From positions 1,555 through 65,554 of the forward strand of contig JANOIH010000014.1 of NCBI GenBank assembly GCA_031407385.1: a stretch of 64,000 bases of DNA. The letters are read 5' to 3'. This DNA is from Candidatus Altimarinota bacterium. GTDB lineage: Bacteria; Patescibacteriota; Gracilibacteria; BD1-5; UBA2023. The notes under the pieces are model-generated. The model did not search any database. It was not told the DNA's origin and saw nothing but the letters and a program-made list of their open reading frames with translations. Below, piece after piece: positions 43,748-53,682 of the stretch (position 1 is the stretch's first letter; each line of letters begins with the position of its first letter). The position numbers were made by a program, and so were the translations under genes.

Positions 43748-44053
43748 ATGAATACACTTACAGACATACACAGAGTAGCGAAGGGTACTCAAAAAGAAGC
43801 TATAGGCAGTCTTTGAGATGAGCTACTTTTTAAGTATCGTTCACCCGATGAGATAACTAGACTACAAGAACAAGCAGATATCCTCTTTCCTCTTCTTGAA
43901 ACGTGCAGGAGAGTATGAGAGATATATGCACAACACTCGGCAATATATCAAAAAACAGATAATCCAACTCTCCATATTATTGATACTTGATGATTCGCCC
44001 CAGCATATGATACACTTCTTTCTCTATTGAAAAAGTCAGAAAAACCTCTCTAA
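43748..44053 (+). CDS. hypothetical 101-aa protein
   Basis: Open with 4 TGA read as sense. TTGACA promoter upstream. Hairpin terminator AAACCTCTC..GAGAGGTTTTTT at 44040-44071. Confidence 0.45.
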
Positions 44054-44075
44054 ACCTAGAGAGGTTTTTTGTTCC

Positions 44076-44238
44076 CGTCACCCCCGAAGGACAAGGAAAT
44101 CCACCGTTTCCGTCATTGCGAGGAACGAAGCAATCCAGCGTTTCTAGTTTTCGTCATTCTGAGGTTTCTGTAGCTCAGAATCTTCCTAACTTGTTTCAGA
44201 GTCCAATCCATGTACTTTTTGTAGAAAAAGTACCAAAA
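44076..44238 (+). repeat. GTCA-hairpin modular repeat array, copy A
   Basis: Units CGTCACCCCCGAAGG...ATCCACCGTTTC (44076-44110), CGTCATTGCGAGGAACGAAGCAATCCAGCGTTTC (44111-44144) and TCGTCATTCTGAGG..CTCAGAATC (44151-44186). Tail hairpin GTACTTTTT-gtag-AAAAAGTACCAAAA (44212-44238). Confidence 0.75.
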
Positions 44239-44361
44239 CTATTGGGGTCAGGAAAACTCGTTCGCTCCGCTCATCTTTTTTCTTTCTCTCATCCGACTCA
44301 AACAGTTCCTTCCCCCAAACCCCACTGAGTTCACTGTTTTCATCTTTCTGATAGAAAAATA

Positions 44362-44390
44362 AAAAATCCCCCACTTTCGTAGGGGATTTC
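44362..44390 (-). terminator. rho-independent terminator of the RRM-protein gene
   Basis: Minus strand reads AAATCCCC-tacgaaagt-GGGGGATTTTTT. Confidence 0.6.
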
Positions 44391-44409
44391 TGATGGATTC
44401 TAATAGATA

Positions 44410-44694
44410 TTAGAACTTGCGTGGAGCGCGCTCCTCACGAGGCTGAGCCTCGTTCACTGCGAGCTCTCGACCCATAACTTCCTTACCGTTCATGGCTTCG
44501 ATAACTGCTGCCATATCTTCCTCGTTAACATCGACAAAAAGGAAACCCTTCTTGCGTCCTGTCTCACGATCAGTAGGCCAGAAAAAGTCTGCAACTGGTG
44601 CAACTTCTTCGAAAATAGCGCGAAGCTCATCAGCTTCGATACGAAATGGAACGTTTCCGACGAATAGTCGTTTTGTACCTGCGGTGGTGCTCAT
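44410..44694 (-). CDS. RRM-type RNA-binding protein
   Basis: RNP2 LFVGNV and RNP1 KGFLFVDV. 94 aa. Confidence 0.88.
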   Translation of the reverse strand: MSTTAGTKRLFVGNVPFRIEADELRAIFEEVAPVADFFWPTDRETGRKKGFLFVDVNEEDMAAVIEAMNGKEVMGRELAVNEAQPREERAPRKF

Positions 44695-44891
44695 AGAGAG
44701 AAAAAAGAGAAAATAAAGTGCCGGGACTGAAGCGATTCTCTCGGGGATCTTCTAGAGACTCGAGGAACGAAAAAGACTTCGACTCCCAGATTGTACCCAT
44801 TTTCTCTTGGATTGCAAATTTTCTCGTATTCTCCCTTGATTTTCGCATGCAGACTCATACACTAGTGGGATATATTTTTGTACAATATCGT

Positions 44892-45590
44892 ATGAGTGAT
44901 CGCCAGAACATACCGAATCATATCGCCTTCATCATGGATGGGAACCGCAGATGGGCCAAGAAGCTCGCTAATATCGTATCGTTCGGACACGAGAGTGGCG
45001 GAGCCAATGTAGAGAAAGTCCTCTCAATCACACTCGAAGCAGGTATACCGTATACCAGTATGTGGGCCCTCTCGAAGGAGAATATTATCGAGCGAGATCC
45101 AATCGAGATTGCGACGATATTCGAACTTTTTGAATCCAAGGTTCCGAAACTGATCCCAAAGCTCCAGAAGGCGGGAATTCGCATGGAGATCATCGGAGAT
45201 CTGTGGTTAGTACCGCCCGCTGTGCGAACGATCCTGCTCGATGCGATCGAAGCCACCAAGGCAGGAGACAAGATGACCTTCATCCTCGCGATCGCCTACA
45301 GTGGACAGGATGAGATCGTCAGATGAGTGAAGCGTGCCATAGCCGAAGGGGTCGATCCACAGACACTCACAGAACGCGAGTTCCTCACATATCTCGACTC
45401 AGGCCGATATCCTCCACCAGATCTCATCGTGCGTACAGGTGGGAGTATCCGTCACTCGGGATTTTATCTCTATCAGTCGGCGTATAGTGAGTACTACTTC
45501 ACCGATACACTCTGGCCAGACTTCGGGAGAGTAGACTTTGATGCGGCACTCGCATCCTATGCTGGGAGCGGACGCAATTTCGGGAAGTAA
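44892..45590 (+). CDS. uppS: undecaprenyl (cis-prenyl) diphosphate synthase
   Basis: IAFIMDGNRRWA... DLIVRTGGSIRHSGFYLYQSAYSEYYF. Joined through TGA at 45324-45326. Confidence 0.92.
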
Positions 45591-45614
45591 GATGCTTTGA
45601 TTATTTTGTGTACC

Positions 45615-45729
45615 AGTCACCCGCGAGGTACGAAGCAATCCAGTGTTCCTCGTTCCTGTCATTCCTGCGTAGGCAGGAATCCAGCGTTTCCTTTTCCTTC
45701 CGTACTTTTGTAACCAAAAGTACCAAAAG
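45615..45729 (+). repeat. GTCA-hairpin modular repeat array, copy B
   Basis: AGTCACCCGCGAGGTACGAAGCAATCCAGTGTTCC (45615-45649) and TGTCATTCCTGC-gtag-GCAGGAATCCAGCGTTTCC (45657-45691). Tail hairpin GTACTTTTG-taacc-AAAAGTACCAAAAG (45702-45729). Same order and orientation as copy A. Confidence 0.75.
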
Positions 45730-45910
45730 TTCTTCTTTGGTTTGTTCGTTTTGTATTCTGTTCCCGACTTGTTTTCTAGAATTTCAAACTCAGGAACATT
45801 TGAAATTCTCTCGAAAACTGCGTCGACAGAATATCAAAATTCACAAAAAGAAGAAGCAAATTGAAACAACAGATACATGAAATCTGCACTATCTCCTATC
45901 ACTATCACTT

Positions 45911-46804
<894 letters not shown>

Positions 46805-46909
46805 TATCGTCCGCGTCAACTGATTCTCCTATGGGAATCAGAGAAATACACTTCAAAAGTTGCATAAAAGAAACTATTCTGACATACTAATGAGAGTAAC
46901 GTATATATT

Positions 46910-47776
46910 ATGGATCAGTGGGCTGTGGAATACCAACACAACATCAATACTGCTATAGCAAGCTTCTTCACAGAACACTATGCTGGCAATAGCGGGCACA
47001 ATGAAGCCGTCCTCCATGAGGCGGTTATCTATGCGATGGGCTTCGGTGAGGCATCTCGTATCCATACGATCCTCGCGATGGTGGCATATGAGGAGTTCCT
47101 CGGGATCACGGCTGAGTCGGTAGTCGACACTCTCATCGGGATCGAGTTCGTCCATACCGCTCTACTGCTGCATGAGGATGCTGCCTGAGTAGCGAACATA
47201 TATATGACAGATGGACTCCCCGTGATAAAGAAATACTGAGCTCCCCTTGCGATCATCGTCTGAGATATCCTCATGGAACTCGGGATCGATCGGCTCTCGC
47301 AGTCAGGGAATATGCAGATCATACGAGAAGTTCTCTCCTCGACTGGAGATACGGGGTTCCTCCGAGGAGTGGCTCGTGATATCCTCACCGATCATGCTGC
47401 GATATCCGAGAAGGAGTACCTCACGATGTACGATGAGAAGCTCTCTCGTAGTATCATCGCCGCGTTCCTCATCGGGAGTATGCTCGCAGGAGATACCTCA
47501 CAGTTGCTGAAGGATCAGTTCCGTCAGTTCGGAACCTTCCTCGCTCGCATCTATCAGGTCGGACACGATATCGATCAGCATGAGAAGTCTATCGTTACTC
47601 CAGGAACTGAGGTCAACCGCGAACGCGGAGTCGTCGACTTCGTCGGGTATGAGAAAGCCCAGAATCTCTACGAAGAACTCTATATCGAACTCATGAAGAT
47701 GACAGGAGGATTCCAGAACTCCAAGTTCCAAGATATCATTACTATGTTCAAGGATAGAACAGTGAATGATATATAA
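46910..47776 (+). CDS. polyprenyl-synthase paralog lacking both Asp-rich motifs
   Basis: Same length and helical pattern as the neighbouring gene, but motif 1 is LLLHEDAAGVANIY and motif 2 is YQVGHDIDQ. Fragments 46910- and 47273- share a frame and are joined through 3 TGA. Confidence 0.7.
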
Positions 47777-47790
47777 AAATACAGCGAAGA

Positions 47791-48636
47791 TTAATTCGCT
47801 GTATTTTTTTGACTCTGATATGCCTTCCATGTGTTCTCGATGAGAGTGGCGACCGTCATCGGTCCGACGCCTCCTGGAACGGGAGATATCGCCCTGACAT
47901 AGTCCTGCAGGTTCTCATAATCAGCATCTCCTCGCCCAACTCCGTCGATAAAAGTCGAACCGACATCGATAATAATAGATTTTTCTGACACCATTTCTTT
48001 TGTGAGGAACCCTGGTTGTCCAATAGCCACGATGATGATATCTGCACTTCGTGTTATCTGGTTCAAGTTTTGCGTAGCCGAGTTGCAACTCGTGACGGTC
48101 GCTCCTGCGTTCATGAGCATGAGTGCCATCGGCTTGCCCACGATGTTAGATCTGCCAAGGACGACAACGTGTTGCCCACGCACAGCTATATCATAGTGAG
48201 CGAGCATCGTCATGATGCCCTGAGGTGTGCAGCTCCATAGTCCTGCGTGTCCGAGGAACATATTACCGATCTGTGTGCGAGTGAATCCGTCCACATCCTT
48301 CGCAGGCGCGATACACTCAGTCACACTATATCGATCGATATGAGCCGGGAGTGGAGCTTGGACGAGGAGTCCATGTATCCGATCATCTCACGAGAGACTC
48401 CTGATCTCGGACTCGAGTTCAGCTTGGCTGATCGTGTCGGGGAATCGATACAGGCCAAAAGCCATACCAACTTCACGTGCACGTTTTTCTTTCATGCGGA
48501 TATATGCCTCAGAGGATGGATTGTTCCCGACGAGGACGACGGCGAGCATCGGCTTGTCTCGTGTTCCTGAGAAGGTGATCTCACTCTTGATCCCTTCCAG
48601 TATGGTAGCGGCGACAGCGCGTCAGTCGAGGATCAT
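47791..48636 (-). CDS. folD: bifunctional methylenetetrahydrofolate dehydrogenase/cyclohydrolase
   Basis: MILD-G-RAVA..., VQAPLP, AKDVDGF and PVPGGVGPMTVA. Two TGA. ATG at 48634-48636. Confidence 0.92.
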
Positions 48637-48698
48637 AGGCAATAGAGATAGTGGATAGAGATAGTGGATAGTAGAGTACAGAAAAAGAGAAAAAACGC

Positions 48699-48723
48699 AA
48701 AAAAAAGCCCACCGAAGTGGGCT
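48699..48723 (-). terminator. rho-independent terminator
   Basis: Minus strand reads AGCCCAC-ttcg-GTGGGCTTTTTTTT, downstream of gene 48780-49016. Confidence 0.6.
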
Positions 48724-48779
48724 AAATTAACGTAAGTATACTTCCGTGAGGACTTATACTAAAGATGTAGAAAAATAAT

Positions 48780-49016
48780 TTAGGCTTCTAGCCGATACTT
48801 CACTGGTATCAACTGAGGCGCATGCTTTTCGAGCAATTCGCGCGCTCGTGAATTGTCAGCGAAGTTTACTACCCATTCCCACACTTCGTATAGAACTTCC
48901 AGTCCAGCATCTATTGCATTGCTGATTGCTGTCAAGGCCGCTTGAGGGCCACGATTAGCAAAATGACGTGCCTCTCGCAGTGTGAATTGTGTATGTAATT
49001 TTTTGGCTTTTGCCAT
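48780..49016 (-). CDS. hypothetical 78-aa protein
   Basis: Internal start MAKAKKLH, preceded by one of the few AAGGAG Shine-Dalgarno-like sequences in the window. Confidence 0.45.
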   Translation of the reverse strand: MAKAKKLHTQFTLREARHFANRGPQAALTAISNAIDAGLEVLYEVWEWVVNFADNSRARELLEKHAPQLIPVKYRLEA

Positions 49017-49263
49017 AGTTTTATCTCCTTCCCCGGAATCAAAAGTACTTATTCGAATCATAGCACTTTAATTTCTTTATACCAACATCATACAAATGAT
49101 GTCAGCACCAAGGTCGAACTATCATAATACTTTCTACGATACTTGTCAAAACTTTTTTCATACTTTTTATCTATATCCTCGCGAAGATTCGCATGAGAGA
49201 GGATTGGCTTGTGATTTCCCTGGATATCGATATAATCTCTCTATCTTACTAACCCATATTATT

Positions 49264-49857
49264 ATGTTCACACTCCCACCACTGCGGTACGAGCTCGATG
49301 CACTCGCACCATATATCTCTCGCGAGACACTCGAGTTCCACCATGGCAAGCATCACCAGACCTACGTGGATAATCTGAACCGTCTCGTCCCAGGAACAGA
49401 ACATGAGGGGCAATCTCTCGAAGAGATCATCATGAGCTCGAAGGGATGAGTGTTCAATAATGCGGCACAGATCTGGAATCATACGTTCTACTTCGACTCG
49501 CTCGCTCCAGTTGCTCATGATATCCCATCTCGCGAGCTCTACGCGGCTATCGAGGCGAAGTGGGGAGATCTCGATGTGTTCATGGCTGAGTTCTCGAAGA
49601 TGGCACTCGCTAACTTCGGTTCTGGATGGACATGGCTCGTACGCGAAGGTGTGGATGGTCCACTCAATATCTATAATACACCGAACGCAGCAACTCCACT
49701 CACGAGTACGGAGAGCCCTATTCTTATACCACTCCTGACGTGTGACGTCTGGGAACACGCCTACTATATCGACTATCGCAACGCCCGTGCGAAGTATCTG
49801 GAGAACTTCTGGAAAGTGGTGAACTGGAAAGTAGTGTCAGAGAGATACGGGAAATAA
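49264..49857 (+). CDS. Fe/Mn superoxide dismutase
   Basis: [28 protein letters not shown]... [13 protein letters not shown]. Joined through TGA at 49447-49449. Confidence 0.93.
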
Positions 49858-49861
49858 TAAA

Positions 49862-49892
49862 AAAGAACTCCAATGAATGGGGTTCTTTTTTA
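49862..49892 (+). terminator. rho-independent terminator
   Basis: AAGAACTCC-aatgaat-GGGGTTCTT followed by TTTT. Confidence 0.6.
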
Positions 49893-50105
49893 TGAATTCT
49901 TCAAGATCTGCCAGATAACAAAGGCGATAGTTCATGTTGTTATTGCCACGGCACTTCATATGACGGCATGGTTTGGGAGATCATAACGGATGTAGTCCTG
50001 GATAGACTTGAGATCTGTAGGAGGCTTCAGTTAACTATATAGATTTTCTACAGAATTCAAAATTGACTTAATTGGCTCTATTGTACAAAAAGGCCTTTAA
50101 CTTTT

Positions 50106-50921
50106 TTATACTGTCTGTATCAGAATCTCCCCGAATCGCTTTATTCCAGCATAATCAGCAAAAAATGAATACTCCCACTGGGGGTATTTTTGCACTTCTT
50201 GTTCTGCGATCTCTCGTTGGTCGAAACCGAATTCAAATAGTAGGCTGGTAGACTGGTAGGATGGTAGATTAGCTAGAGCAGATAACTCTTCGAATAGGCG
50301 TTCGTACATCTCGAATCCAGTTCGCTCTCAGCCGAAGAGTGCCAGACGAGGCTCATGAACCGTGTCGGCACTCATATTGATCCAGTCTTCCGCCTTGATA
50401 TAGGGGAGATTGGTGAGGAAGACTACGGAGGAGATAGAAGAGAGGAGATAGGAGATAGGCAGAGCAGAGAGCAGGTCAGAGACGATGAATTGGGCTCTCT
50501 TCTCTCCATAGTGAGCTCGGAAGTTCTGCTCGGCGACAGCGAGCGCCTCTGGAGATATATCGAGGAAGATCACCTCATCCGCAAGATCTGCGACACTCGT
50601 CCCGATTATCCCAGAGCCACAACCGATATCGATGACTATGGACTTGCTCTGTCATTTCGAGTAAAGAAAATCTGTTTCTGTGATTTTCGCAATCGATCCC
50701 GCTCAGCGGGACTGCGCTGTTTTCTGAGCAAGATGTCTCGGCTCCGTTATCACTTCGCTCGACATGACAGCAACTGAGAGGAGCTGACGCGCACGTCTCA
50801 CGAGGCTCTCTGTCTCCAGTCTCGGGATCAGGACATCAGGCGTCACGAGATAATCTCTACCGAAAAAGTTTACCTTTCACTCTATATATTCCACAGGATA
50901 AGTGTCGGGGAGAGAGGACAT
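50106..50921 (-). CDS. prmC: release-factor glutamine N5-methyltransferase (HemK/PrmC) carrying an in-frame repeat insertion
   Basis: VLIPRLETE, VIDIGCGSG and TNLPY (NPPY variant). Frame checked codon by codon across 50581-50820. It lacks the usual N-terminal helical domain. Confidence 0.85.
50649..50770. repeat. GTCA-hairpin repeat element, copy D (MITE-like, 13-bp terminal inverted repeats) inside prmC
   Basis: CTGTCATTTCGAG (50649-50661) versus CTCGACATGACAG (50758-50770), whose reverse complement is CTGTCATGTCGAG. Internal hairpin ATCCCGC-tcag-CGGGAC. Confidence 0.75.
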
Positions 50922-50984
50922 AGAAAAACGAGTCAATGAATGACTCGTTTGTATGTGTATTTGTCTTTTTTGCAACTTTTTCTC

Positions 50985-51530
50985 CTAGAGAGGGAGTGGA
51001 GTGGCACGGAGTGACTCACAAACCTTTCAGTCTCCATCACCATCGAGACCATAGATATCGAGAGACTTCACCTTCGCAGCGTCAACACCCTGATTATATG
51101 AAGCGATCTCTGTAGCACACTGGTCATACTTGGCCTGAGCTTCTCCTTGAGTCGCGAAGTTATCACAGTTGAGATCTCCCTTTCCACTTGATGGGAGCGC
51201 ACATGAACCCATGAGCTTGATGCCATCCTTCGTATGAGTGACGCGAGACTCTTGGATGTTGCCTGTTTTCCAGAGTTGCCCGAGATCGAGATCATAGTTA
51301 AAAGTCTCGATACCAAAAGCCGCGAGAAGTATGATCCCAAGACCGATAGCGAATCCAGTCTTGATAATCTTCAGATACCACAGTACTGCGACGATGATCG
51401 CCACGAGTCCGATGAACCAGAGTCGAGTTGACTTGGTATTGCGAGCCTTCTCGGCTCCTGCACCGACCGCTGCCGCTGTTGCCTTTACTTCTGTTGCTGC
51501 TTGTGCAGCCTTTTGTTTGAGAGTAGCCAT
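50985..51530 (-). CDS. membrane protein with C-terminal Excalibur calcium-binding domain
   Basis: Two transmembrane segments. The C-terminus LDGDGD-G-KVCESL matches DxDxDGxxCE only if TGA at 51027-51029 is Gly. TAG stop at 50985-50987. Confidence 0.75.
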
Positions 51531-51846
51531 AAGAGAGAGTTAAAAATAAATACAAGACGAATTATAGATAAAAGGTGTATATATGCAAAAAAATACAAGT
51601 TGACTCATATATATTTTTATCATAAGAATGCTATCATAGGACAAATATGTGGTTATTCTATATAATATTTTGGAGTATCTGTATTTTTTTGATTCTTTTA
51701 CTGTATAGGCCTGCCGATGTATCGTCTTGACATAGTATGGCTTCAGATTCAAGGTAAGAATGTTGACTTGGAGAAATATATGTGATATAGTCTCAATGTA
51801 TATATTAGAAGCATATATACAGTTTAGTCTATAATTAATTATAATT

Positions 51847-53628
51847 ATGCGTTTCCATATATCCCCACAAAAAAATAACAATAGGTATCAGCGTATCGTC
51901 GCCTCACTTGTACTCTCTCTGTTTCTCATGACTCCAATGGTCTGGACAAGTACGGCAATGGCTCGTACTGTAACTCCAACAACTCCTGTTCTCCAGCCTG
52001 GAATCCTCCAAGTCAGAAGTACGGCGGTCAGGACAACAGACAATATCAGCTATAAGCAGAAGGTAGTACTCGCGAGACAGCTCATGCAAGTAGCGAAGGC
52101 CAGTAACAAGCGTCTCTCATTCGTCAGTGCTATGCGTCAAGTGAATAAGACCCTTACAATCACACCAACGAAAATGCTGATCGCCAAGGCACATCTCCCA
52201 GCTAAGAAAACAACTCCAATTCCTGTACTCAACTCAGCTCCTACTGCTCCAGTAGTATATGCTGGTGGTGGAGGCGGTGGATCTACGAGTAGCTCGACCA
52301 CCTCGACTACGACGGTAGCAACTCCAACTCCAGTCACCACAACGGTATCTACGCCAGTCACCACGACGGTATCTACTCCAGTGACGACGACCGTATCATC
52401 TCCAGTCTCGGCTCCAGTAGTAGTCGCTCCTACTGCTCCAACTGCTCCGGCCCCAGTGGATCCAGTTGTAGTCGCTCCAGCTCCGACTGCTCCGGCCCCA
52501 GTAGAACCAGTTGTAGTCGCTCCGACTGCCCCAGCTCCGACTGCTCCAGTAGTAGTCGCTCCGACTGCCCCAGCTCCGACTGCCCCAGCTCCGACTGCTC
52601 CAGCTCCAGTGGCTACTCCGACAGGAACAACTCCGATCAATATCGTGAGTCCACAGGATGCAAATCTCGCGAAACTCTCCGAATACCAGAAGGTGATGTG
52701 AGGATTTGTCGCGGATAACCTGATGATATTCATGAATATGCCACAATCAGCAGCAGGGATAGATGGAGCGTCATACTATATGGCCAACATCATGAATGAA
52801 TATGCCAAATATGGGATCACTCCGATATTCGTATTCGAACCAACGGGTGACAATGGTGCTCAGCTCGATCTCGGCAAGCTCAAAAATGGTGACTACAGTG
52901 CCAATATGGAGCTCCTCTTCTCGAAGATCAAAAATGATCGAAAAGTAACAGAGGATAAGCTCGGACTCATGGTCCCATATCCTGAGATCAATACTCCAGC
53001 GTTCAATCGGGCGAACTTCGTCCCAGAGAATCTCCCTACTATGGTGAATATATTTTTCGATAGTATCAAAAAATCATATCCAAATGTGAAGGGTGGACTC
53101 CTCCTCGATGCGAAGTCATACGATGTAGATAAGAGTTGGGGGCAGGGTGTCGCTCGGAGTTTTGCTCCATATATCACGGGGATCAAGCCCGGATATATCC
53201 AGACATTCGGTCTTCAGGGATTCCCTTGGGCGAGCAATGATGCAAGCGTCAAGGTCTACGATCCAACAGTGTTCCTCCCGACGGGTATCACCGCAGAAGC
53301 GGCGAATATCCTCGGAACCAAGAATATCTGGTTCAATACCGGAACGATGAAGAGACAGTATCCAACGAACACAGTTAATGTGACTCCAGCAGAGCGAACG
53401 ACTACGTACAATGGTATCATCAACCAGGCGACAGCACTCCAATCACAAGGATATACGATGATGGTCCATATCTTTGCCCAGGACAAGTTCTCGATGGGAG
53501 AAGGGATCGATTGGTCTTACATAGAGAATGCCAATGATGGAGTATTGTCGGCCCATGAGGGCGTATTTGCTACATTCCTCAAACAGGCTCAGTCAAAAGG
53601 ACTCAAGGTCGGACTCTTCGATAGATAA
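51847..53628 (+). CDS. secreted protein with Pro/Thr/Ala/Val-rich linker and C-terminal putative glycoside-hydrolase-like domain
   Basis: ORFs 51847-52701 and 52723-53628 are in one frame, joined by TGA at 52699-52701. Signal/transmembrane segment at the N-terminus. The function of the C-terminal domain is a guess. Confidence 0.65.
52327..52610 (+). repeat. coding tandem repeats (TVSTPVTT about 3 times, then VVAPTAPAP-type units)
   Basis: Periodic CCAGTCACCAC.ACGGTATCTAC units with a 24-nt period, then GTAGTCGCTCCGACTGC... units of about 45 nt. Confidence 0.8.
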
Positions 53629-53647
53629 TATAAAAATAGATCAACTC

Positions 53648-53681
53648 AACTCCTCCCGAATAATTCGGGAGGAGTTTTTTT
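53648..53681. terminator. bidirectional terminator
   Basis: AACTCCTCCCGAA-taa-TTCGGGAGGAGTT followed by TTTTTT, between convergent genes. Confidence 0.7.
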
Positions 53682-53682
53682 A

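Noticed and set aside
44116-44328. A 70-aa ORF (MRGTKQSSVSSFRHSEV...), and the similar 90-aa ORF at 45608-45880.
   Set aside because: Both are read straight through the GTCA-hairpin repeat arrays. The peptides are translation artefacts of the repeat units.
49896-50105. A possible gene remnant between the superoxide dismutase gene and prmC, with Cys-rich peptide fragments on the minus strand.
   Set aside because: The longest open stretch with a start codon is about 25-35 codons and runs into the superoxide dismutase terminator. No recognisable motif is present.
52327-52610. Periodic repeats here, at 54196-54405 and at 19321-19400, considered as a possible CRISPR array.
   Set aside because: The first two are in-frame coding low-complexity linkers, and the third is a run of 7-mer words. 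None has a repeat-spacer architecture, and no cas genes are present.
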